A DNA stretch of 64,000 nucleotides from a virus (Duplodnaviria; Caudoviricetes): positions 1-64,000 of the IMG/VR virus record IMGVR_UViG_2522572099_000001. The stretch is one strand, 5' to 3'. The notes under the pieces are model-generated. The model ran no database searches, had not been told where the DNA came from, and saw nothing but the letters and a program-made list of their open reading frames with translations. The translations under genes and the position numbers were made by a program. Shown piece after piece: positions 38,216 to 46,761 of the stretch (position 1 is its first letter; every line of letters begins with the position of its first letter).

Positions 38216-39709
38216 ATGGCGCGCCCCGATGGCGGCGCCAGGCCGACGCTGGACGAATTGCGCATCGAGCTCGACCGCCGCGCCTGTGAGCGCTCGCTGT
38301 CCGAGTTCGTCAAGCGCGGCTGGCATGTGCTGGAGCCCGGCCAGCCTTACAGCCACGGCTGGCACATCGATGCCATTTCCGAGCACCTCGAGGCGGTCAG
38401 CGCCGGGGAAATCCTGCGGCTGCTGATGAACGTGCCGCCCGGCACGATGAAGTCGCTGCTTTCCGGCGTGTTCTTCCCGGCATGGGAGTGGGGCCCGCAG
38501 GACATGCCGCACCTGCGGTTCATGGGCACGTCCTACAAGGACTCGCTGGCGATCCGCGACAACGTCAAGACCCGCCGGCTGATCCAGTCGCAATGGTATC
38601 TGGATCGCTGGGGCGATCGCTTCGCCATGATCGGCGACCAAAATACGAAAACCAAGTTCGAGAACGACAAGACCGGCTTTCGCGAGGCGATGGCGTTCAA
38701 CTCGATGACCGGCTCGCGCGGCGACCGCGTGCTGCTCGACGATCCGCTCTCGGTGCAGATGGCGAAGTCCGACACCGAGCGCCAGACCGCCAACGACACG
38801 TTCCACGAATCGCTGCCGACCCGCCTCAACAACCCGGACACGTCGGCCATCATCGTCATCATGCAGCGCCTGCATGAAACGGACGTTTCGGGCACGATCC
38901 TTGCCGGCGACTACGGCTACGAGCACCTCATGCTGCCGATGGAGTTCGAGCCCGAGCGCAAATGCTACACATCGATCGGCTTCGAGGATCCGCGCAAGGT
39001 CGATGGCGAACTGCTGTTCGAGGCCAGGTTTTCCCGCACCGTCGTCGATCGCGACAAGAAGATCATGGGCAGCTACGCCTCGGCCGGGCAATTCCAGCAA
39101 CGCCCGGCGCCGCGCGAAGGCGGCATGTTCCATCGCGAGTGGTTCGACAGCATCCGCGCTGTTCCGGCGGGAACCCGCTTCTGCCGCGGCTGGGACATGG
39201 CGGCCAGCGACGAGAAGGACTCGGCCTACAGCGCTGGCGTCAAGATCGGCGCGATGCCGGATGGCCGTTTCGTCATAGCGCACGCCACGCGCGGCCAGTT
39301 GCTTGCCGGTGGCGTCGAGAAGTTGATCAAGACCACGGCGGCGGCCGACAAGGCGCAGCACGGCGGCAATGTCATGATCTCGCTGCCGCAGGATCCCGGC
39401 CAGGCGGGAAAAGCCCAGGTCGGCTACTACGTCAAGCAGCTGGCCGGCTACAACGTGCGCAAGTCGCCGGAGTCGGGCGACAAGATCACCCGGGCCGAGC
39501 CCCTTTCGGCGCAGGCTGAGGCCGGCAACGTCGTCATCCTGCGTACAGGAGACCAGGCCAAGGATGCCTGGATAGAACCGTATCTCGACGAAATCTGCAT
39601 GTTCCCCAACAGCAAATTCAAGGATCAGACCGATGCGTCGAGTCGCGCCTTCAATGAGCTGGCGACGCGCAAGAAAGAAACCAAGACCAGCTTCGCGGAC
39701 ATGCACTGA
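38216..39709 (+). CDS. terL: Terminase large subunit
   Basis: NVPPGTMKS Walker A, LLDDP, QQRP, WDMA and DQTDA motifs. Confidence 0.95.
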   Translation: MARPDGGARPTLDELRIELDRRACERSLSEFVKRGWHVLEPGQPYSHGWHIDAISEHLEAVSAGEILRLLMNVPPGTMKSLLSGVFFPAWEWGPQDMPHLRFMGTSYKDSLAIRDNVKTRRLIQSQWYLDRWGDRFAMIGDQNTKTKFENDKTGFREAMAFNSMTGSRGDRVLLDDPLSVQMAKSDTERQTANDTFHESLPTRLNNPDTSAIIVIMQRLHETDVSGTILAGDYGYEHLMLPMEFEPERKCYTSIGFEDPRKVDGELLFEARFSRTVVDRDKKIMGSYASAGQFQQRPAPREGGMFHREWFDSIRAVPAGTRFCRGWDMAASDEKDSAYSAGVKIGAMPDGRFVIAHATRGQLLAGGVEKLIKTTAAADKAQHGGNVMISLPQDPGQAGKAQVGYYVKQLAGYNVRKSPESGDKITRAEPLSAQAEAGNVVILRTGDQAKDAWIEPYLDEICMFPNSKFKDQTDASSRAFNELATRKKETKTSFADMH

Positions 39710-41142
39710 TGGCTAACAACGTCGACAACCACCATCCCGACTACGATCTTCGTGTCGAGGAATGGGCGCTGATGCGCGACGCGGCGCGTGGCGAAACGGC
39801 CATCAAGGACGCCGAGACGACTTATCTCCCGATGCCGTCGGGCTTCACCAAGCGGCCCGATGGCGGCGTTGCCCTGTTCGGCGCCTACAAGCTGAGGGCG
39901 CAATTCCCGGAGATCGTCGGGCCTACGATCGGCGGCATGGTCGGCGTCATCCATCGCGTCGAAATCCAGATCGACATGCCGCAGGCCATGGACGGCCTCT
40001 GGGAGAAGGCCACGATCGACGGCATGCCGCTCGAGGCGCTGGCCGCCAAGATCACCGGCGAGGTCCTGACCACCGGGCGCTTCGCCCTGCTTGCCAGCGC
40101 GCCAAGCGCCGGCGGCGAGCCGTATATCTCGACCTATTGCACCGAGGCGCTGATCAACTGGTCGGAAGCCCGCGATTTCTTCGTGCTGGACGAGTCCGGC
40201 CTGGTCCGCGAAGGCTTCGATTGGGTCGAGAGCAAGCGATATCGTGTGCTCGAGCTGGTCGACGGCAAGTATCAGTCCACCGAATATTCCGGCGGTACGC
40301 TTGCGGCCGGCACGCCCGTCAAACCGACAGCCAAGGGCGGCACGCCGCTCGAAGAAATCCCGCTGGTCGTCGTCGGTCCGCGCGACCTGTCGCCTTCACC
40401 TGAGACGCCGCCGCTGATCGGCGTGGCGCGCTCGGCGGTCAACATGTACCAGCTCTCGGCCGACTATCGCTGGCAGCTGTTCATGACCGGCCAGGAAACG
40501 CTGTTCATCATCAACGGCGATGAACCCGAAATCGTCGGCGCCGGCGTCATCGTCTCGCTCAAGGCCGATGGCGAGCAGACCCCGGATGCGAAATATGTCG
40601 GTCCGTCCGGCACCGGCATCGACGCGCACAAGGTGGCGATCACCGATGAGCGCGACGCCGCGGCAGCTGCCGGCGCCAAACTGTTCGATACAGCCTCGCA
40701 GGCGCAGGAATCGGGCGACGCCAGGCGGCTTCGCTTCGCCGCCCAGACCGCAACGCTGGTCACCATCGCCCAGGCTTCGGCAAAGGCGCTGGAACAGGTG
40801 CTGCGCCACATCGCTGTCATGAAGGGGCTCGACCCGACGCAGGTCATCGTCAAGCCGAACCTGTCGTTCATCGATAGCACGCTAACGCCGGCCGAAGTCG
40901 TCCAGGTCATCCAGGGCTGGCATGATGGCGGCTACAGCTACGAGACCATGTACGAGCGGCTGCAGAAGGGCGAGGCGGTCAATGCCGACCGCACCGCCGA
41001 GGAAGAACGCAAGCTCATCGACAAGGAAACGGCGGCGTCCGACGCTACCGATGCGGAGCGCGGCATCCTGCCGGGTCCGCCTAAACCCACTGTTCCGGCT
41101 GTTCCGGCCCTTCCTGTTCCAGTGCAGGCGCCGGCGGCGTGA
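39709..41142 (+). CDS. Portal protein (DUF4055-type)
   Basis: HPDY..YLPMP..Y..RA..PPLIGVA..YQLSAD; follows terL. Confidence 0.9.
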   Translation: MANNVDNHHPDYDLRVEEWALMRDAARGETAIKDAETTYLPMPSGFTKRPDGGVALFGAYKLRAQFPEIVGPTIGGMVGVIHRVEIQIDMPQAMDGLWEKATIDGMPLEALAAKITGEVLTTGRFALLASAPSAGGEPYISTYCTEALINWSEARDFFVLDESGLVREGFDWVESKRYRVLELVDGKYQSTEYSGGTLAAGTPVKPTAKGGTPLEEIPLVVVGPRDLSPSPETPPLIGVARSAVNMYQLSADYRWQLFMTGQETLFIINGDEPEIVGAGVIVSLKADGEQTPDAKYVGPSGTGIDAHKVAITDERDAAAAAGAKLFDTASQAQESGDARRLRFAAQTATLVTIAQASAKALEQVLRHIAVMKGLDPTQVIVKPNLSFIDSTLTPAEVVQVIQGWHDGGYSYETMYERLQKGEAVNADRTAEEERKLIDKETAASDATDAERGILPGPPKPTVPAVPALPVPVQAPAA

Positions 41143-41345
41143 GAGCCTCGCTTCGTATCGATCGCGAGGTGCTGGAGCGCAACATGTGGCCCGACAAGAG
41201 CTGCCGCGTCCGCATCGTCGGCGCGTCCTGGGATCCGGCCACCTCCAGCGTCGTGCTGGATCTCGAAGGCAAGAGCCTGCCCGACGGTGGCGAGGTCAAG
41301 CTGTTGACGCGCCGCTGGACAGAGACGGAGTTCAAGCCCCTGTGA
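41139..41345 (+). CDS. Small hypothetical protein
   Basis: GTGA coupling at both ends. Confidence 0.6.
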   Translation: MRASLRIDREVLERNMWPDKSCRVRIVGASWDPATSSVVLDLEGKSLPDGGEVKLLTRRWTETEFKPL

Positions 41346-42394
41346 CGCTGTTTCGTGAGTGTTTCCGGCATCTCGGATCGATCGAGCGCCGACGCATCCC
41401 GCCGATTCCGCGCGAGGCGATGCGGCTGCACCGCCTGGAACGGCCCGAGCCGTGGCCAAGCGAGGTCGTCGAGGCCATGCGCGCCGGCCCGCCGGACAAC
41501 TGGTATCCGGACTATGCCGCGTTCTATCGGCGGCTGAGCGCGTTCACCGGCGTTCCCGAGGAACGCATGGTCGTCGGCGCCGGGATTGAGGATTTCATTC
41601 GCACGCTCGTCATGTTGTGCTGCGAGCCGGCCGACGGCTTCGCCTTCACCTGGCCCACATGCGCCATGTTCGACATTTATGCCCAGGTGTTCCTGGCAAG
41701 ACCGGTTCGCATCGTCACGGACCCGAAACGACTTCTCTCGGTGCATGACGTCACCGACAAGATCGACAGCGGCGTCAAACTGCTGATCCTGCCCAACCCA
41801 GGCCAGCCGGTCGAGACCTATTTCTGCCTGGCGGAACTGCGCCACATCGCACAGCGCTGCGCCAGCGTCGGCGCGGTGTTCGCCATCGATGAGGCTTATC
41901 TCGGCTTCGGCGCCGAAACCGCACTGCCGCTGGTCGACGACTTCGAAAACGTCGTCATCCTGCGCACCTTCTCGAAGGCTTTTGGCGGTGCAGCACTTCG
42001 CGTCGGCTATGCCATCGGGCAGCCTTCGGTCATCCGCCCTCTCCACGCCATCCGCGAATCCGGTGAGATCGCCGGGCCTTCGATCAACGGCGCCGTGGCG
42101 CTGATGGATAAGTGGTCGAGGTGGGTCGAGCCCGGCATCGCCATGGTCTGCGAAGGCCGCGACTGGCTGCGCGACACGCTTCTGCGCGACGGCTACGACG
42201 CGCGTGGCTGGTTCGCCAATCACGTCATGGTCCGTCTGGACGAGCCGGCAGCGCCGTTCGCGGAGCGCATGCGCAAGCGCGGCGCCCATGTGAAGGCCGG
42301 GTTCCCGGCACCGCTTGACGGAAGCCTGCTGATCACGGGCGGCTCGGTCACGCTGATGCAGCGGTTTTATCGAGCATTCCAGGAGGCGTTGTGA
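41342..42394 (+). CDS. PLP-dependent HisC/CobD-like aminotransferase or decarboxylase
   Basis: YPD, NP, IDEAY and LRTFSKAFGGAALRVGY motifs. Confidence 0.9.
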   Translation: MTLFRECFRHLGSIERRRIPPIPREAMRLHRLERPEPWPSEVVEAMRAGPPDNWYPDYAAFYRRLSAFTGVPEERMVVGAGIEDFIRTLVMLCCEPADGFAFTWPTCAMFDIYAQVFLARPVRIVTDPKRLLSVHDVTDKIDSGVKLLILPNPGQPVETYFCLAELRHIAQRCASVGAVFAIDEAYLGFGAETALPLVDDFENVVILRTFSKAFGGAALRVGYAIGQPSVIRPLHAIRESGEIAGPSINGAVALMDKWSRWVEPGIAMVCEGRDWLRDTLLRDGYDARGWFANHVMVRLDEPAAPFAERMRKRGAHVKAGFPAPLDGSLLITGGSVTLMQRFYRAFQEAL

Positions 42395-43053
42395 GCGGCA
42401 TGGACGGCGTCTTCCACGAGACTGACGGCAAGCTCGAACTCGTCGGCGACTGGCAAAAGGTCTATGCCGAGAACAGCGATCCCTGGGACCAATCCGGCAC
42501 CAAGGGCCAGATGGCGGCCTATTACGCCACCAGCCGCGTTCGCCTGGTCGAGACGCTGGGCAAGCTTGGTCCGTTCAATTTCGGGATCGAGATCGGTTGC
42601 GGCCATGGCCACCTCACCGCCATGCTCAATAACTCCGTGGCGATGATGCTAGGCATGGACATCAGCCAGGAAGCGATCGGCACGGCACGCTTGCTCCACC
42701 GGACAATCCCGTTCGCTCAGGGCGATATAACCGCGGATGGCGGCATTCGGCATTTCGGTCCGAATTACATCGATTTCGTCATCCTGGCGCAGTGCCTCTG
42801 GTACGTCCTGCACCGCTTCGACGTGATGCTCGCCAACTGTCTCGATACAATCCGCCCCGGCGGGCTGTTCGTCGTCTCTCAGGCCTTCCTGGAGGGCGAG
42901 CAGCGCTACGGCGCCGAGATCGCCGACGGCTTCACCGGCGCGCTTCGCCTGTTCATGGCGAGCGATCGCCTGCAGCTCATCCACGCCAACTACGACGACA
43001 GCGGGCGCCTCGTGCACCGCGACGGCCTCATGATTTTCAGGAAGGTTGCATGA
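42391..43053 (+). CDS. Class I SAM-dependent methyltransferase
   Basis: DPW, IEIGCGHG, GMDIS, LWYV and IRPGG motifs. Confidence 0.9.
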   Translation: MSGMDGVFHETDGKLELVGDWQKVYAENSDPWDQSGTKGQMAAYYATSRVRLVETLGKLGPFNFGIEIGCGHGHLTAMLNNSVAMMLGMDISQEAIGTARLLHRTIPFAQGDITADGGIRHFGPNYIDFVILAQCLWYVLHRFDVMLANCLDTIRPGGLFVVSQAFLEGEQRYGAEIADGFTGALRLFMASDRLQLIHANYDDSGRLVHRDGLMIFRKVA

Positions 43054-43898
43054 ACGCCAACGACGCGACGCTCCGCAACCTGGCGCGCAAGGCGACCTTC
43101 GTCGACCATGTGCAGATGATCGGCAAGGTGCCGCTGTTCTCGTTCATCGAACTCAACCCGACCGAACTCTGCAACCGGGCCTGCGTGTTCTGCCCCCGCG
43201 TCGACGAGGCGAGCTATCCGAACCAGCGCCTGCACATGGCGATGCCGCTGGCGGAGAAGATCGCATCCGACCTCCAGGAACTCGACTATCAGGGCACGGT
43301 CCACATTTGCGGCTTTGGCGAACCGCTGCTGCATCCGCGCATCGTCGACCTGGTGCGCGCTTTCTCGAACTTCCGCGTCGAGATCACCACCAACGGCGAT
43401 CGGCTCAATCCTGAGCTGATCCGCGAGCTGACCGCCGCCGGCTGCGATTACATCTGCGTCTCGATGTATGACGGTCCCCATCAGATCCCGCATTTCGAGG
43501 CGATGTTCGCCGAGGCGGGATCGACCGAGTTCATCTTGCGCGATCGCTGGCAGCCGGAGGAAGAGAATTTCGGCCTGTCGCACCTGACCAATCGGGCGGG
43601 AACGATCAATGTCGGGGTGCAGCGGCCGGTCGACGCCGCGCGGCCATGCTGGTATCCGTCGTACCAGCTGATGCTCGACTGGAACGGCGACGTGCTGCTG
43701 TGCCCGCAGGACTGGACGAAACGCGCGCGCTTCGGCTCTGCGGCGACCGAACACCTGCTCGACATCTGGACCTCGCCGGCCATGCGCAAGCGCCGCATGC
43801 AGTTGCTGCGCGGTCGTGAAGGCCTGTCGCCATGCGGCGGCTGCAACAGCGACGGCTGCAAGCACGGATCGGAACACGCTGCTGCCTGGCAAGGCTGA
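43050..43898 (+). CDS. Radical SAM / SPASM-twitch protein
   Basis: CNRACVFC, GEPLL, TTNG, NRAG and C..C..CGGC motifs. Confidence 0.93.
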   Translation: MNANDATLRNLARKATFVDHVQMIGKVPLFSFIELNPTELCNRACVFCPRVDEASYPNQRLHMAMPLAEKIASDLQELDYQGTVHICGFGEPLLHPRIVDLVRAFSNFRVEITTNGDRLNPELIRELTAAGCDYICVSMYDGPHQIPHFEAMFAEAGSTEFILRDRWQPEEENFGLSHLTNRAGTINVGVQRPVDAARPCWYPSYQLMLDWNGDVLLCPQDWTKRARFGSAATEHLLDIWTSPAMRKRRMQLLRGREGLSPCGGCNSDGCKHGSEHAAAWQG

Positions 43899-43900
43899 CA

Positions 43901-45175
43901 GTGTCGACCATCGCCATCATCGGCCATGGCCGCTCGCCCGAGGGCAAGGGCTGGGGACCGCTGATCGACGGTTGCGACATGGTGGTTCGCATGTGGGACT
44001 GCGCCTGGCAGGCCCAAGGCGACTACGGCAGCAGATACGATTATGGCCTGATCGAAGCGCATCCGGCCATGATGGTGCCCTTCCAGAAGAACAACCGGCG
44101 CCGGCCGGCCCGCGGCTGGATCGCATCGAAGCTGCATCGTCCGGAGCGCTGCGGCTTGCCGCCAAAATGCGAACTGGTCGACCAGGAGCCATGGAACGAG
44201 ATCGGCAAGAAGCTCGGCGGCATCGGCGCCACCGGCCGGCTCCAGTTCACGCGCGGCACGATCGCCACCTGTTGGGCGATCGAGAAAGCGCCGCGCGGCA
44301 GCACCATCGTCTTGGTCGGGTTCGACAACATCGTCGCCGGCAGGACGCTGGAGCTCAACCAGGCCTTTGCGCCGATCTACCAGCGCAATCCCGGCACATT
44401 CTCGTTCGGTGCTTACACAGGGGGCGTCAGCAAGGCCGGCAACCACGACTTCGCCGTCGAGTTGCCGGTCATGCAGCACCTTGCCGCCAGGTATCACGTC
44501 CGGCTGGTCACGGCCGGCGAGATCTGGCCGTCGACGCCGGACGCACTGCCGATCCCTTCCGACTGGAGGCCTGAGCCTGTGAAGACCGCGCTCATTCTTG
44601 GCGATGCCGCATCGGTCCGCGACGATGCCGCGGCCGCGCTCAAACTGTTCACGCCGACGGCGATCGCTGCCGCCAACAACATCGGCATCGAATGGGAAGG
44701 CAAGCTCGACTACTGGTTCACGCTGCATCCCGGCGCCTGCATCGACTGGATCGGCATCCGTGACGCGCTGTCGCGTCGTCTCAAGGCAGGGCGAAACAAG
44801 CCTGAAATATGGGCGCACAAGGCCGCCAACGGCATCGATCGCCACACGCCCGATTGGGGCGGCTCGACCGGCCTGCTCGCCGCCAAGGGCCTGCTCGAAC
44901 TCGGCTATGAGCGCATCGTGCTCGCCGGTGTGCCGATGGACAGTTCGCCGCACTTCTACAGCGGCCAGCCCTGGCGTCAGGTGGAGCGCTACCGGCGCGC
45001 CTGGCAGGAACATCTGCCGGACCTCGCGCCGTTCGTGCGGTCGATGGGCGGCTGGACGAAGGATCTGCTCGGCAAGCCCGATCCGGAATGGCTAGGCGTG
45101 TTGATTTCGGCTCCCTCAAAGGAGGTCGAGAAAATTAGCATGGGTCAGGATGAGGCTGTCCACAGCCTCGCTTGA
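43901..45175 (+). CDS. Two-domain sialyltransferase-fold glycosyltransferase (GT29-like plus Maf/GT42-like)
   Basis: IIGHG..G..IDGCDMVVRM, TRG..IVLVGFD, HDFAVE; second domain ILGDA..GSTGL..LGYERIVLAGV..HFY. Confidence 0.65.
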   Translation: MSTIAIIGHGRSPEGKGWGPLIDGCDMVVRMWDCAWQAQGDYGSRYDYGLIEAHPAMMVPFQKNNRRRPARGWIASKLHRPERCGLPPKCELVDQEPWNEIGKKLGGIGATGRLQFTRGTIATCWAIEKAPRGSTIVLVGFDNIVAGRTLELNQAFAPIYQRNPGTFSFGAYTGGVSKAGNHDFAVELPVMQHLAARYHVRLVTAGEIWPSTPDALPIPSDWRPEPVKTALILGDAASVRDDAAAALKLFTPTAIAAANNIGIEWEGKLDYWFTLHPGACIDWIGIRDALSRRLKAGRNKPEIWAHKAANGIDRHTPDWGGSTGLLAAKGLLELGYERIVLAGVPMDSSPHFYSGQPWRQVERYRRAWQEHLPDLAPFVRSMGGWTKDLLGKPDPEWLGVLISAPSKEVEKISMGQDEAVHSLA

Positions 45176-45204
45176 CTTCGCCAGCGTTGTAACCAATATG
45201 GCAC
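45172..45204 (+). promoter_or_regulatory. Putative promoter (TTGACT..CAATAT) with operator variant 45189-45204
   Basis: GTAACCAATATGGCAC directly upstream of the structured RNA region. Confidence 0.6.
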
Positions 45205-45211
45205 CAACAAG

Positions 45212-45535
45212 AGTGTCCCGCCGCTTCGTTCATGGGCATCTGCACCATTGACTGCTGGCGATAGGCGGGCGCCAGGATGCCAAGGCCGGAGCAGGCGGCC
45301 GTTTCATCCTGGCAAGGAACCCTGAGAGCGCCGGTACACTCCCCGGCCGTGACCATGCCTGTTTCCGGTGTACCCGGGCATGGAGGCGATAACAGAAAAC
45401 CGGCGGGCACGGCTCTCCAACAGGAGGCTCCAAGCCCGACAGTTTCAGATGTCCTCCCAAGGACAAAGACGGCAGCCATCGTGAGCGGCTTGACTGCTCG
45501 AACGGCGGGCCGGGCCATTGCGACAGGCCTGGGCC
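45212..45535 (+). ncRNA. Structured non-coding RNA region
   Basis: Several long stems (CCCGCC/GGCGGG, GCCAGGATG/CATCCTGGC, CGCCGGT/ACCGGCG, CCATGCC/GGCATGG); no credible ORF. Confidence 0.45.
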
Positions 45536-45543
45536 AAAAGTTT

Positions 45544-45612
45544 GCGGATGCTCCGTGAGAGATGCCTGTTCCACAGGCGTTGAGCCAGGCTTGACACCTG
45601 GCATCCGCTCCA
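45544..45612 (+). tRNA. Non-canonical tRNA-Gly(TCC), 69 nt, with encoded CCA
   Basis: Acceptor GCGGATG/CATCCGC-T-CCA; anticodon arm TGCCT-GTTCCAC-AGGCG; T-arm CCAGG-CTTGACA-CCTGG; shrunken D-arm. Confidence 0.75.
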
Positions 45613-45624
45613 GAGAGGCACCAG

Positions 45625-45715
45625 GTCCGCGTGGCGGAAATGGAAGACGCGACGGGTTTAGAACGCCCGTTTGTAGCTTCGGCAAGCAGTGCAGGTTCGA
45701 TTCCTGTCGCGGGCC
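45625..45715 (+). tRNA. Atypical class II tRNA (Leu-TAG-like, 9-nt anticodon loop, no CCA)
   Basis: GTCCGCG/CGCGGGC acceptor; TGGCGGAAATGGAAGACGC D-arm; long variable arm; GCAGGTTCGATTCCTGT T-arm. Confidence 0.7.
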
Positions 45716-45810
45716 TGGTGACCTTAAACGTTCGGGCCGCGTCGCAGGTGATAGATGGTGGGGGCACCGCCGATCATCTCTGGCGCGGCCCAGCCCTTCC
45801 AGGAGACACC

Positions 45811-46173
45811 ATGGCGCGCTTGACCGATCTGAAACGCGAGGAACTCTGCCGGCAATATGTCGCCGGCGTTCCGACGGCGCAGATCGCCAAGGAGTTTGGC
45901 GTCTCGGAGAGCTATCCGAGCCAGATGGCGGCGAAGTTCAAGCTCAAGCGCCGCGTTGAGCACGAGCCGCGCGATCCGGAGGCCACCGTCGCCAAGCGCC
46001 GTGCGCTGGCCGACATGCTGGTCGACGACGTCCCCACGGCTGGCCGTCCCGCGCCGATGAACGCCAACTCGGCCATTGAAATCCGGCGTCTGGCCGCGAT
46101 GGGCAAGGGCCGCACTGCAATCGCGGCCTTGCTGCGCTGCCCGTATCGCGTGGTCGACGCCGCGCTCGCCTAA
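45811..46173 (+). CDS. Small HTH protein
   Basis: RBS AGGAGA; two HTH-like segments. Confidence 0.7.
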   Translation: MARLTDLKREELCRQYVAGVPTAQIAKEFGVSESYPSQMAAKFKLKRRVEHEPRDPEATVAKRRALADMLVDDVPTAGRPAPMNANSAIEIRRLAAMGKGRTAIAALLRCPYRVVDAALA

Positions 46174-46601
46174 GCCTTGGCTGCTTTCCTCTTCTTCGGC
46201 TTGCGCGGCTTGCGCACGAAATCGACCGTGTAGCGCTCATAGTGCTTCACATGGGTAAAGGGCGGAAGCGTCCTTATCTCCGTGTCAAGGACGATGCTTT
46301 CGAGACCGTTCTTGAAGATCTCGACGACGTTGAGCTTGGTCAGCTTCTGGATGCTGACGACCTCGACATCGACGGCCGGGATCTCGCTGCCCGGGTTGGC
46401 GAAATGAAACGCCGCCTGCAACCGCCGGATCGCCTGAACCGTGGCTCGGTCGGACGTGATGACCTGCGTCTCGCCCAGCCAGACGAAGCGATAGAGCCGC
46501 GCCAGCAACAGGTGTTCGGGCACTTTTCGCTTCAAAGGTCCAACGGCGATGATGGGCTTGGGTAGCCGGTCCAGTCGCGGCTTCTTGGTGCTGTCTGTCA
46601 T
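46170..46601 (-). CDS. Hypothetical protein antisense to the late operon
   Basis: Convergent ORF filling the gap. Confidence 0.55.
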   Translation of the reverse strand: MTDSTKKPRLDRLPKPIIAVGPLKRKVPEHLLLARLYRFVWLGETQVITSDRATVQAIRRLQAAFHFANPGSEIPAVDVEVVSIQKLTKLNVVEIFKNGLESIVLDTEIRTLPPFTHVKHYERYTVDFVRKPRKPKKRKAAKA

Positions 46602-46694
46602 TGGCCAAGGCTCTCGGTTGAAAATGGGCGTCATCCCATATTTCAGCCGGCTTTGCCAATCTGACGTGATTTCCACTCGTTTGTGATGTGCCAG

Positions 46695-46721
46695 CCCGCC
46701 AATCCCGGCGGGTTTTTTGTT
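46695..46721 (+). terminator. Intrinsic terminator-like hairpin upstream of scaffold
   Basis: CCCGCC-N6-GGCGGG-TTTTTTGTT. Confidence 0.7.
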
Positions 46722-46761
46722 GCTCGCGGAGCGGGCTTTTCAACCCAGAAGGAGACCGGCG

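Noticed and set aside
41342-42394. hisC as an auxiliary histidine-biosynthesis gene
   Set aside because: Coupled to MTase, radical SAM and GT genes with no other his genes; a tailoring role fits better
45544-45612. tRNA-Gly as codon supply for the Gly-rich fibre genes
   Set aside because: Those genes visibly use mostly GGC/GGT, which TCC does not normally read, and the RNA lacks ribosome-relevant features
45657-45661. TTA ochre-suppressor reading of the class II tRNA
   Set aside because: TTA is off-register for positions 34-36 in either stem alignment
45212-45720. tmRNA, RNase P or GOLLD identity for the RNA region
   Set aside because: I could not recognise a tag ORF, an Ala G3-U70 acceptor or the conserved cores; left unassigned
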